From assembly GCA_963708075.1 (NCBI GenBank), contig OY970194.1, forward strand, positions 1,312,001-1,376,000: a DNA stretch of 64,000 nt. The letters run 5' to 3'. The notes beneath the pieces were generated by a model. That model had not been told where the DNA came from. It worked only from the letters and a program-made list of their open reading frames with translations, and made no database searches. The stretch is from Sedimentisphaerales bacterium. Its GTDB lineage: Bacteria; Planctomycetota; Phycisphaerae; Sedimentisphaerales; Anaerobacaceae. Positions 1-9,524 of the stretch are shown here, piece by piece. Numbering within the stretch: the first letter of the stretch is position 1; every line of letters begins with the position of its first letter. Position numbers and translations under genes: made by a program.

Positions 1-264
1 CTCACATCCGATCACCCCATCGACCTGACGCGCTACCAGGTGGTGAACTGCTACATGGGAAGGATTCCCCTGATCAACTCCGGCGGGCCCTCCGGCAAGG
101 ACGATTTGCAGCAGGCCGTCAAGACAGCCGTGATTAACAAGCGGGCGGGCGGCACGGGCCTGATCACGGGCCGTAAAGCCTTTCAACGGCCGATGGCGGA
201 AGGTGTGCGGTTGCTCAACGCCGTCCAGGACGTGTACTTGGACAAGGAAATCACGGTGGCCTGA
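1..264 (+). CDS. fbaB: Class I fructose-bisphosphate aldolase, C-terminal part (runs off the window start)
   Basis: Frame 1 reads [29 protein letters not shown]...[20 protein letters not shown], the characteristic FbaB C-terminus. Confidence 0.9.
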   Translation, partial: LTSDHPIDLTRYQVVNCYMGRIPLINSGGPSGKDDLQQAVKTAVINKRAGGTGLITGRKAFQRPMAEGVRLLNAVQDVYLDKEITVA

Positions 265-346
265 GTTTCAAGCCCCAGCCTGTCAAGGTGTTCTCCACGT
301 TGTTGTGCATTCAAAACTTCACCTTGACAGGGGTGATTTCAAGTCC

Positions 347-1477
347 CTATGTTTCCTCAAGATCGATCTTGAGGTCCAGGAACTTCAGCATGTCCTTGAG
401 AGTGATGACCCCGACCAGACGGTCTCCGTCGACCACCATGAGCCTGCTGCGGCCGGTCCTGTTCATCAGGGACAGTGCCCTCATGGCGTCAGTGTCGGGA
501 GAGATCGTGGTGTCGATCGAACATGGAACGAGCACGTCCTGCACGTGCAGCGTATTCCATTGCTCCCTCGGTATGTTCTTCACCTCGTTGGAAGTGATGC
601 AGCCGGTGAGGGTGCCTTCTGCTGAAACAGGGAACATCTTGTAATGGTACTTATAGAAGTAGTCATCCACCAACTCGCGAATGGAGGTTGAGGGCGGCAC
701 GGTGACAGGGTCCGGCTGCATGAAATGGGCAATGGTTTCGCCGCTGAGGGCATTGCGGACGAGGACCTGGCGGTAGGATGTCAGCGCAGCCCCCCGGATG
801 AACATGCCGATCAGGAAGTACCAGATGCCTGTGATGAAGCCGCCGCTGATGAAGCTGAGCAGCCCGATGACGATGAGGAACATGCCAAATCCCGAGCCGA
901 TGGCCGAGGCGACTCGTGTGGCCCAACGGATGTTGCCTTTGGCGAACCAGAGAATAGATCGCAGCACCCGGCCGCCATCGAGAGGGAAGGCGGGCAGCAT
1001 ATTGAAAGCGGCAAGTACGAGGTTGAGCCAGCCGAGATACACGAGCACGCCGTTGATCGGCTCAGGCCAGCCGATGACTCCTCCAACTCTGAAGATAAGC
1101 AGGAAGATAATACCCAATATGACGCTCGACACGGGGCCGGCAATCGCCATCAGCAGCTCCGTCTTGGCATTTTCCGGCTCCTCTTCCATTTCCGCCACGC
1201 CGCCGAAAATGAAGAGCGTGATCCCCTTCATCGGCAGGCCAAAGCGCCTTGCGACAATGGAATGCCAGAATTCGTGGAAGACAATGGATAGGAACAAGCC
1301 GATCGCTCCGGCAGCCCCCATCCACCAGTATGTCGCTGTGGAATAGTTGCCGAACCACACGGGGAACAGCCCTCGCGCCAGGGACCATGTGACCAGTACG
1401 GCGAGGAACAGCCATGTGAAGTCAATGCTGACGTCGAAGCCGAGGATGGTGAACAGATGGATCTTTTTGCCGAACAT
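347..1477 (-). CDS. Site-2 protease (peptidase M50) with C-terminal CBS pair
   Basis: HEFWH zinc motif, FNMLPAFPLDGGR motif, multiple TM helices, two CBS domains. Confidence 0.9.
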   Translation of the reverse strand: MFGKKIHLFTILGFDVSIDFTWLFLAVLVTWSLARGLFPVWFGNYSTATYWWMGAAGAIGLFLSIVFHEFWHSIVARRFGLPMKGITLFIFGGVAEMEEEPENAKTELLMAIAGPVSSVILGIIFLLIFRVGGVIGWPEPINGVLVYLGWLNLVLAAFNMLPAFPLDGGRVLRSILWFAKGNIRWATRVASAIGSGFGMFLIVIGLLSFISGGFITGIWYFLIGMFIRGAALTSYRQVLVRNALSGETIAHFMQPDPVTVPPSTSIRELVDDYFYKYHYKMFPVSAEGTLTGCITSNEVKNIPREQWNTLHVQDVLVPCSIDTTISPDTDAMRALSLMNRTGRSRLMVVDGDRLVGVITLKDMLKFLDLKIDLEET

Positions 1478-1705
1478 GTGCGTTTCTCCTGAAATTCGCC
1501 GCAATACAGTACTTATAGGCCGGTGCGCCCCGTCCGGAACGTAGAGAAAGCCTCAGTTGGGAACGCGTAAATGCCTATATGTAGGCACGTGGGGATATGT
1601 GCGTTTTTTCCCGCTCGCAGCGATGCGGCAATCGTATTAGATGAGGATACGGATACCTTCGGGGGTCCGGCAGAATATGACAAGTGACTGATTGAGGGGT
1701 AACGC

Positions 1706-2035
1706 ATGTTTGAGACACTGGATAGGTTGATGTTGGCGAGCCTGGGCGCTCTGTCCATGACGCGCGAACGGGCGGAGAAGATGTTCGACGACTATGTCAG
1801 CCGGGGGCAGGCGGAACGGGACACCCGCGGTGGCTTTGTCAAGGAGGTGATGGACAGTGCCGAAAAGACCCGGCTGGAGCTTGAGAGGCTGGTATCCGAC
1901 CAGGTCCGCCAGACGATGAAGAGCCTCCAGGTGGCCACGCAGGAGGATATCCAGCGAATCGAGCGGGAGATGGCCACGAAGGCCGACACCCTGCGGATCG
2001 AATTGAAGCTGGATCAGCTTCTGGCGAAGGAGTAG
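1706..2035 (+). CDS. Phasin-like (PHA granule-associated) coiled-coil protein
   Basis: LASLGALSMTRERAEK...VATQEDIQRIE pattern; directly upstream of an ABC1 kinase. Confidence 0.7.
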   Translation: MFETLDRLMLASLGALSMTRERAEKMFDDYVSRGQAERDTRGGFVKEVMDSAEKTRLELERLVSDQVRQTMKSLQVATQEDIQRIEREMATKADTLRIELKLDQLLAKE

Positions 2036-2041
2036 CGATCC

Positions 2042-3736
2042 TTGTGCGCGGTGCAGGCTCCCTTCAGGGGCCGCTTGGATCGTCTGCGGCGCTATCGGCG
2101 TATCCTGGCGGTGTTCACGAAGTACGGTCTTGAGGAAATGGCCGATGCGATGCGGTCCAGGGTCTTCATTCGCCTGGGGCAGAGGGCGGGCTCCCTGCGT
2201 GCCAGGTTTGCCGTGGAAGGCCGAAGCCGCCCGGAACGGGTGCGACAGGCCTTGCAGGAGCTTGGACCCACGTTCATCAAGTTCGGGCAACTGCTCAGCA
2301 CACGCCCCGATATCGTTTCCCCGGAGTATATCCGCGAACTGGAGCGTCTCCAGGACCAGGTGAACCCGGAGGACCCGCAGGAAATCCGTGCGGAAGTGGA
2401 AAAGCAGCTCGGAGGCAAGCTGGAGGACATCTTCAGCTATTTCGATCCCGAGCCGCTGGCCGCCGGCAGCATTGCCCAGGTCCATCTCGCCCGCACGAAG
2501 GAGGGACAGGAAGTGGCCGTCAAGGTCAGGCGGCCGGGCATCGTCGAGCTGATTCGGACGGACCGGCAGATCCTCGAAGAGCTTGCCGGCGTCATCAAAT
2601 CGATGTTCTTCGAGCGTGAGACCATCGACCCGCGGGAGATGGTGCGGGAACTCGGCGAAGCCATGTCCCGGGAAACCGATCTGACGAATGAGCGGCGGAA
2701 TCAACTACGCTTTCTCAAGTCGTTCGAGCATGACCCGAATATCCACATCCCCATAGTGTATGGGGACTATTGCAGCGACGGCGTGCTGACAACGGAGTAC
2801 GTCCAGGGGGTCAAGCCGGGAGATCCCGAGGACCTCGCTGAGAAAGGATTCGATGTCAAGCTGATCGCCAAGCGGGCGACGGACTTCGTCTTCGAGCAGA
2901 TTTTCGAGTTGGGCTTTTTTCACACGGACCCCCATCCGGGCAATTTCTTCGTGCTGCCGGGCAACGTGCTGGCCCCGATCGACTTCGGCCAGGTGGCGAC
3001 CCTGTCCTCGCGTGACAAGTGGCTCTTCGATCAAATCGTGCTGGCCGTGGTGGACAACGAGCCCAGGCGGATTGTCGATGCCTTTGAGCGTGAGAACATG
3101 ATGCAGGACCAGACCGACGTCGGCAAGCTCACCGTCGATGTTGAGCAGATTGTCGGGGCATACTGGAATCTGCCGCTGAAGGAGATTCCATTCCGGACGG
3201 TGGTCCTCAAGGTGTTCGACGTCTTTCGCACGCATTACGTCCGGCCGCCGTCCGGGTTTGTTCTGACACTCAAGAGCCTGATGACCATCGAGAGTTTCGC
3301 GCGGTCGATGGACCCGGACTTCAACATCATTGAGGCGCTGCGGCCATACGCCCGGCGCACCGCGCTTCGGACCCTGGAGCCCAAGCACGTATTTCACCAG
3401 TTGCGCAAAGCCCTTGAGGACGCCGGCGATCTTGCAGGAAGGGTCCCCAAGGACCTGAATACCATCCTTGCCAAGCTTCGACAGGGGAGATTCGAGCTTC
3501 GCGTTCATCACGAGCACCTGGAGGCTCTGACCAAGACCCTGGACAAGAGCTCCAACCGCATCAGTTTCGCATTGATCATCGCCGCACTGCTGGTGGCATC
3601 GAGCCTGCTGGTAGCGCAGGAGGGGACAGTCCTCGGCCTGTTTGACCTTCAATCGATGGGCATCTTCGGCTATATTATAGCCGCCATTATCGGCGCGTGG
3701 CTGCTGATATCCATCATCCGCAGCGGCAAGCTGTGA
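2042..3736 (+). CDS. ABC1/AarF/UbiB-family atypical kinase
   Basis: LGPTFIKFGQLLSTRPD, AAGSIAQVH, VAVKVRRP, FFHTDPHPGN, IDFG; C-terminal TM helices. Confidence 0.92.
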   Translation: MCAVQAPFRGRLDRLRRYRRILAVFTKYGLEEMADAMRSRVFIRLGQRAGSLRARFAVEGRSRPERVRQALQELGPTFIKFGQLLSTRPDIVSPEYIRELERLQDQVNPEDPQEIRAEVEKQLGGKLEDIFSYFDPEPLAAGSIAQVHLARTKEGQEVAVKVRRPGIVELIRTDRQILEELAGVIKSMFFERETIDPREMVRELGEAMSRETDLTNERRNQLRFLKSFEHDPNIHIPIVYGDYCSDGVLTTEYVQGVKPGDPEDLAEKGFDVKLIAKRATDFVFEQIFELGFFHTDPHPGNFFVLPGNVLAPIDFGQVATLSSRDKWLFDQIVLAVVDNEPRRIVDAFERENMMQDQTDVGKLTVDVEQIVGAYWNLPLKEIPFRTVVLKVFDVFRTHYVRPPSGFVLTLKSLMTIESFARSMDPDFNIIEALRPYARRTALRTLEPKHVFHQLRKALEDAGDLAGRVPKDLNTILAKLRQGRFELRVHHEHLEALTKTLDKSSNRISFALIIAALLVASSLLVAQEGTVLGLFDLQSMGIFGYIIAAIIGAWLLISIIRSGKL

Positions 3737-3768
3737 CCATCATCGAGAACTGGTGAAAGGCGGCGACT

Positions 3769-5199
3769 ATGCGAGTGACTGGTAGGATGGGCTTTAGCCC
3801 ATGCGGTTGTTTGGCGATTGCGGCGGTTCTTCTGACGGTCTATGGCTCCTCAAAAGCCCAGGATAGTCAGCGGATGGGGCCCCTGGCGGTACATCCGCAG
3901 AACCTTCGCTATTTTCAGAATACGGCCACGAAAGAGGCCGTTTATCTTACCGGCTCGCATACTTGGGCGAACCTGGTGGATATCGGCCCGTCGGACCCGC
4001 CGCCGCAGTTCGACTTCGACAAGTACATCGATTGGATGGCGAAGCTCAACCACAACTTCATGCGGATGTGGACCTGGGAGCTTGTCTCGTGGGACACCAA
4101 GGCCAATGGGGAGGGCAAACACCATACGTCTGCCCCGCAGCCCTACGCTCGGACCGGGCCGGGAAATGCCCTCGATGGCAAGCCCCAATTCGACCTGCTG
4201 CAATACGATCCAGTGTACTTCGAGCGACTTGCCAAACGTGTGGCAGCCGCCCGCGAGCATGGTATCTATGTCTCCGTGATGCTCTTCGAAGGCTGGGGCC
4301 TGCAATTCTCGCCCGGCGCCTGGGAGGGGCATCCTTTCAATCCCAAGAACAACATCAACGGCATCGACGGGGACACCAATCACGACGGCAAGGGCGTCGA
4401 GGTTCATGAGTTGGGTAATCAGACTGTCACGGACATCCAGCAGTTGTACGTGCGCAAGGTCGTCGATACGATCAACGGCTTCGACAACGTCCTGTACGAA
4501 ATCTCCAACGAGAACCACCCGCCCTCGACCCAATGGCAGTACCAGGTGATCCGATTCATCAAGGAATATGAGAAAACCAAGCCCAACCAGCATCCGGTTG
4601 GCATGACCTTCCAGTACCAGGGCGGGACGAACCAGGCCCTGTTCGACAGCCCGGCCGATTGGGTCTCGCCGAACCCGGACGGCGGCTACCGCGACGACCC
4701 GCCTGCGACCGATGGCCGCAAGGTCATTCTCAACGACACCGACCACCTCTGGGGCATCGGCGGTAGCCAGGGGTGGGTCTGGAAGGGTTTCACGCGCGGG
4801 TACAACGTGCTGTTCATGGACCCCTACGATGGCGAGGTCCTCGGCCAACCTCTTGACCCGAAGTGGGACCCCGTTCGTCGGAGCATGGGGTACACGCTGC
4901 AATACGCCCGCAAGATGGACTTGGCGCAGGCCCGTCCAACTCCGGAGGTCGCATCCACAAAGCACTGTCTCGCCAATCCCGGCAAGCAATACCTGGTGTA
5001 CAGGCCCGCAGGCCAAACCGGTCCGGTCACCGTAAAGCTGGAGCGCGGGACTTACAGGCATGAATGGTTCGATCCGGGCAGCGGCAAACAAGCTTCTGTC
5101 GGCACGACGACTGCTGCGGACGGCGATACCCAATTCCCATGTCCGTTCGAAGGTGACGCGGCGTTATTCCTGGCACGGGTGGGGGAAAGCGGTTACTGA
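3769..5199 (+). CDS. Secreted TIM-barrel glycoside-hydrolase-like protein (DUF4038/apiosidase-like) with C-terminal collagen-binding-like beta domain
   Basis: Signal peptide; YEISNE acid/base-like motif; C-terminal WFDPGSG...DAALFL domain. Confidence 0.65.
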   Translation: MRVTGRMGFSPCGCLAIAAVLLTVYGSSKAQDSQRMGPLAVHPQNLRYFQNTATKEAVYLTGSHTWANLVDIGPSDPPPQFDFDKYIDWMAKLNHNFMRMWTWELVSWDTKANGEGKHHTSAPQPYARTGPGNALDGKPQFDLLQYDPVYFERLAKRVAAAREHGIYVSVMLFEGWGLQFSPGAWEGHPFNPKNNINGIDGDTNHDGKGVEVHELGNQTVTDIQQLYVRKVVDTINGFDNVLYEISNENHPPSTQWQYQVIRFIKEYEKTKPNQHPVGMTFQYQGGTNQALFDSPADWVSPNPDGGYRDDPPATDGRKVILNDTDHLWGIGGSQGWVWKGFTRGYNVLFMDPYDGEVLGQPLDPKWDPVRRSMGYTLQYARKMDLAQARPTPEVASTKHCLANPGKQYLVYRPAGQTGPVTVKLERGTYRHEWFDPGSGKQASVGTTTAADGDTQFPCPFEGDAALFLARVGESGY

Positions 5200-5237
5200 C
5201 TCGCCGCACAGAGTTCTCCGGTGACCCGGAAGCGTTT

Positions 5238-5266
5238 TTGACACTACGGGCGAGGCGAAGTAAGAT
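5238..5266 (+). promoter_or_regulatory. Sigma70-type promoter of the PQQ-propeller operon
   Basis: TTGACA-17 nt-TAAGAT, about 40 nt upstream of ATG 5309. Confidence 0.65.
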
Positions 5267-5308
5267 ATAGACACCATCTACTTCTAACGCTCTTGAAAGG
5301 GCAGTGGT

Positions 5309-8300
5309 ATGGATCGCACGCGAATCGCCGGACTGCTATGTGTTCTGACCCTCCTGATATCTGGACCCGCTCTCGCTCGCACCGTAACCGTAAAGGAAGT
5401 CATCGATGCGGCGGGCGCCAATCGCGGGATTTGTGTAGTGCTCGGCCAGCCCGGGTGCGATCTGGCTCTCGACTTGGCGAGACAGACTGAATTCCTGATC
5501 TACACGCAGCTTCCGGAGGCGAAGGATTTCGAATCGGCCTGCGGCAAGGCCGAAGAGGCAGGCTACTATGGAAGCCGGATCTTCCTCGCCAAAGGCGGGC
5601 AAAGACTGCACATGGCCGACAACATAGCCGACGTAGTCGTGGTGCTCGATGCCAAGGATTTCTCACAGGAGGAGACACTTCGAGTGCTTCGGCCCGACGG
5701 CAAGGCCATCCTCAGCGATCGAACCGTCGTCAAGCCGGTCCCTCAGGGCCTGGATGATTGGAGTCACCCATACCATGGGCCGGACAACAATCCGCAGTCG
5801 AACGACAAGGTTGTCGTCGCCCCCTATCTGACGCAGTTCTTCGCGGAGCCGCGGTACGCGCCGCTGCCCCAGGTGGCCGTGGCCTCCGCCGGTCGTGTGT
5901 TCAAGGCCTTCGGCCACGTCGCATTCAAAGTGCGCGAGGAGCCGTTCTTGAACAAGCTCGTCGCCTTCAACGGGTACAACGGCACGATCCTGTGGCAGCG
6001 GAACCTGGCTGAGGGCGTCATGATCCATCGAAATACGATGATTGCCACGCCCACAACGCTGTACGTCGGGGATGACAAATCATGCAAGCTGATCGATACA
6101 GCGACCGGCCTGCTGCAGGGTGAGATTGCCCCGCCGGCCGATGTGGCGGGCGGCACGTTCTGGAAGTGGATGGCCCTCGAAGGCAATGTCCTGTATGCGA
6201 TGATGGGTGAGCAGGAGCAGCGTGACTCGACGAAGAAATGGAAATCCGACCGGCACGGGTGGCCCTGGGATCCGATTTCCGAGGGCTGGAACCAGCCGGA
6301 GAACCCCTGGGGCTTCGGTCGAAACGTCCTGGCGATTGACCTCAAGACAAGGAATGTGCTCTGGAGCCATCGCGAGCAGGAGCCCATCGACGGCCGGGCC
6401 ATCTGCATGAAGAATGGACGGATCTACGTCTTTGCGTTCGGCAAGTACCTTGCATGCCTCGATGCGAAGACCGGCAATGATCTCTGGCGCATGACGCCGG
6501 GCAATGCCCCGAAGCTCTTTGCTTCGCTTGGCGAGTACCAGAATCGCCAGGACTGGCGGACGAACTGGCGCACCACCTGTTATCTCAAGTGCAGCGACAA
6601 AGCCTTGTATTTCGCCGGGCCGCCTATCGGCAAGCTTCTGGCGGTCTCCACACAGGACGGGAGGATCCTCTGGGAACATCCCTACGGCAACTTCCAGCTT
6701 GTCCTGCGGGATGACGGCCTGTACGGCATCAGCGGCCAAATCGATGAGGCCCCAAGCATGAAATTCGATCCGCTGACCGGCAAGGTGCTGGCGGAGATCA
6801 CCAAACCCCGCCGGGCCTGCACCCGCCCGACAGGCGCCGCCGATGCGATTTTCTTCCGGGCCGAAGATGGCTCGGTGCGATTGGACATGGCGTCGCTGCG
6901 GCCGCAGTGGATCTCGCCGATGCGTCCCGCGTGCCAGGAAGGCGTGACCGTCACTAACGGGCTCCTGTACTGGTGGCCATCCGTATGCGATTGCCAGTTG
7001 ACCCTGTATGGCGTCACGTGCCTGGGGCCCGCGGGGGATTTCGATTTCACGCCCGAGATCACGCAGGTCGACCGGTTGGAGAAGGCCGGCGGCTCAGCGG
7101 CGAACGTTGCCGGTTTGCCCATCTCGCCGGGCGACTGGCCCACCTTCCGGGCGAACAATGCCTGCAGTGCGGCCGTGCCTGCGGTGGTTGCTGTAAAACC
7201 GAAGCTGCTCTGGCAGTCCGCGCCTCTATCCTCGACAGTCCCCGGCCTGCCTCGCATGAGTCCGCCTGTCACTGCCGGCGGCCTCGTTTTCGTCGGCGGG
7301 ACGGACGGGATCGTTCACGCCTTCGACGCCGCCACGGGCAAGACCCGCTGGAAGGCCCGCACCGGCGGCGCCATCCGCATGCCGCCGACGATCTGGGAAG
7401 GGCGGGCCTTTGTGGGCTCGGGCGACGGTTGGCTGTATTCCTTTGAGGCGGCGACCGGTCGGCAGCTTTGGCGGTTCCGTGCCGCTCCGGCCGAACGCGT
7501 GATTCCCGTCTACGGCACGCTTATGTCCACGTGGCCCGTCGCCGGCGGGGTCCTGGTGGATAACGGCGTTCTCTACACGGCCGCCGGGATCGCCAACTAC
7601 GATGGCACGTACCTGTACGCCCTGGATGCGCGGACCGGTCAGGTGAAATGGCACAACGGCACCTCCGGCCACCTCGACACAGACGCCCGCACGGGCGTGA
7701 GCCTGCAGGGGCATCTGCTGCTGCACGGCGGAAAGCTCTACCTGGCGGGCGGCTCATCCATTTCGCCCGCTGCGTACGACGCGGCGACCGGGCGATGCCT
7801 GAACGACGGCAAGGACCTGGCCAATTGCCTCTCGCGAAGTCCCCGAGGTTGGGAGTTGTCCCTCCTGGCTGACCAAGTTGTCGCTTGTGGCAAGCCCTTC
7901 TATGGCCACCCGGCGTACGGCGTCTACGACAACTCGGTGTTCAACAGGGTGTTCATCGCTCCGATGGGCGATCAAACCGTGGCGTGGGCCGCCGATTTCA
8001 ACGTGCACAAGGTCATGGGATTCAAGAACTTCGACTGGCAAGGGCTCGCTGCCAAGGTGGCCAAGTCAGAGAACCGCTTTGTGGTTGACTGGGACAAGAT
8101 TGCTCCCTCGACCAAGCCTGCCTGGTCCGTGCAGTTTGAAAAGGCCCACGCGATGGCGGCTTGCAAGAATGTTGTTGTGTTGGCCACGGATACGGAACTG
8201 GTGGCCTTGAACCTGGCCGATGGGAGTGTGCAATGGAAACAGCCTTTGCCTCAGCCGCCGGTCGCGTGGGGACTCGCCGTCGATAATGCAGGCAGGGCGG

Positions 8301-8359
8301 TGGTGACTCTTGTGGACGGGAAAGTCGTTTGTTTTGGCCAGGGCCCGGGAGCAATTTAG
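5309..8359 (+). CDS. Secreted PQQ-like beta-propeller protein with N-terminal degenerate methyltransferase-like module
   Basis: Signal peptide; LRVLRPDG methyltransferase motif; many DAxTGxxxW repeats; DWPTFRANN second propeller. Confidence 0.8.
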   Translation: MDRTRIAGLLCVLTLLISGPALARTVTVKEVIDAAGANRGICVVLGQPGCDLALDLARQTEFLIYTQLPEAKDFESACGKAEEAGYYGSRIFLAKGGQRLHMADNIADVVVVLDAKDFSQEETLRVLRPDGKAILSDRTVVKPVPQGLDDWSHPYHGPDNNPQSNDKVVVAPYLTQFFAEPRYAPLPQVAVASAGRVFKAFGHVAFKVREEPFLNKLVAFNGYNGTILWQRNLAEGVMIHRNTMIATPTTLYVGDDKSCKLIDTATGLLQGEIAPPADVAGGTFWKWMALEGNVLYAMMGEQEQRDSTKKWKSDRHGWPWDPISEGWNQPENPWGFGRNVLAIDLKTRNVLWSHREQEPIDGRAICMKNGRIYVFAFGKYLACLDAKTGNDLWRMTPGNAPKLFASLGEYQNRQDWRTNWRTTCYLKCSDKALYFAGPPIGKLLAVSTQDGRILWEHPYGNFQLVLRDDGLYGISGQIDEAPSMKFDPLTGKVLAEITKPRRACTRPTGAADAIFFRAEDGSVRLDMASLRPQWISPMRPACQEGVTVTNGLLYWWPSVCDCQLTLYGVTCLGPAGDFDFTPEITQVDRLEKAGGSAANVAGLPISPGDWPTFRANNACSAAVPAVVAVKPKLLWQSAPLSSTVPGLPRMSPPVTAGGLVFVGGTDGIVHAFDAATGKTRWKARTGGAIRMPPTIWEGRAFVGSGDGWLYSFEAATGRQLWRFRAAPAERVIPVYGTLMSTWPVAGGVLVDNGVLYTAAGIANYDGTYLYALDARTGQVKWHNGTSGHLDTDARTGVSLQGHLLLHGGKLYLAGGSSISPAAYDAATGRCLNDGKDLANCLSRSPRGWELSLLADQVVACGKPFYGHPAYGVYDNSVFNRVFIAPMGDQTVAWAADFNVHKVMGFKNFDWQGLAAKVAKSENRFVVDWDKIAPSTKPAWSVQFEKAHAMAACKNVVVLATDTELVALNLADGSVQWKQPLPQPPVAWGLAVDNAGRAVVTLVDGKVVCFGQGPGAI

Positions 8360-8363
8360 CGCA

Positions 8364-9524
8364 ATGAGACTGCATCTGCCTTTTGTGATTGTCTTGGGCT
8401 GCCTGGCGCTCCATGTGCAGCCTGCCTATGGTTGCCGATACAATGTCCGTGAGGTCGGCTTCATCGACGTGGGTGTGGAGGCGTACCGTCTTTTTGTGTA
8501 CCTGCCGCAGGACGTTTCGCCGGATGAGACGACACGTCTGAAAGAGACGGTCGATGTCGCCCTGATTGACAGCAACATCCGATTTGAGCCGGTCGTGGTC
8601 GGCGCGGACGTGAACCATCCAGCCATGGAATTCGTTGTCACTCACGCGATCACGAGTTTTCCAGCCGCCGTCCTGGTTTCGCCGGATGGCCAGTCGCGGC
8701 CGCTGAACCTGGCGGTGGCCGGCGGTTCTCTCGGGCAGGCGGTTTCCTCCGCTCTGGACTACGTGCTGCATTCGCCGATACGCCAGGAGATTCTTGAGAA
8801 AGCGGCTGAGTGCTACGGTGTCGTGTTATTGATCGAAGGGCCGGAGCCGCAGAGCAACTCGAAGGCGCGTGAGGTTGTGTCAACAGCAATCGGCCGCATA
8901 CGCGAGCAGTTGGATCTCCTGCCCAAGCCCATCGCCCGGCCGCCGGAGATTGTCACACTCGATCACCAATCGCTGGATCGCGAGCGGGTGTTGCTGTGGA
9001 GCCTCAGCCTCAAGCCGCAGGACATCAATGAGCCGTGTGCGGCGGTTCTCTACGGCCGGGGACGGTGGATCGGGCCATTGTTCAAGGGTGGCAGACTCAC
9101 CGCCGACCCTTTGACCGAGATGCTTCTTGTCATCGGGTCCGACTGCGAGTGCGGCCTGGACCACCGGTTTCTGCAGGGCACGATGCTGCCCGTCCGCTGG
9201 GATGAAGGACTCCGGGAGAAAATGGTGAAAAGCCTCGGCTTCGATCCCGAGGACCCGATGGTGAAGATGGAGATGGTTTCCATCGTGCGCCGCGGCATGG
9301 GCGGATTCGACGGCATGGACATGCCGCTCGGCTATCGCGAGATACAAGTCGGCGGTGACGCCTCTGACGACGAGATTCCAGAAGAATCGCCCGCTTCTAC
9401 TCCGAATTCCGCACTCCGCACTCCGCACTCGGAGTTCAACATTCTCGCCGTCTCCCTCGGCGGCATGGCCGCGCTCGTTGGTCTGGCATCTGTGGTGATT
9501 GTCTTGAGGGCCAGAAGAACATGA
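8364..9524 (+). CDS. Exported Cys-containing protein with C-terminal membrane anchor (hypothetical)
   Basis: Signal peptide ending AYG-CRYNVREVGF, DCEC motif, C-terminal TM plus RARRT; stop overlaps the next ATG. Confidence 0.7.
   Translation: MRLHLPFVIVLGCLALHVQPAYGCRYNVREVGFIDVGVEAYRLFVYLPQDVSPDETTRLKETVDVALIDSNIRFEPVVVGADVNHPAMEFVVTHAITSFPAAVLVSPDGQSRPLNLAVAGGSLGQAVSSALDYVLHSPIRQEILEKAAECYGVVLLIEGPEPQSNSKAREVVSTAIGRIREQLDLLPKPIARPPEIVTLDHQSLDRERVLLWSLSLKPQDINEPCAAVLYGRGRWIGPLFKGGRLTADPLTEMLLVIGSDCECGLDHRFLQGTMLPVRWDEGLREKMVKSLGFDPEDPMVKMEMVSIVRRGMGGFDGMDMPLGYREIQVGGDASDDEIPEESPASTPNSALRTPHSEFNILAVSLGGMAALVGLASVVIVLRARRT
9401..9434 (+). repeat. Heptamer tandem repeat (TCCGCAC)n inside a CDS
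   Basis: tccgaat tccgcac tccgcac tccgcac tcggag. Confidence 0.8.
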
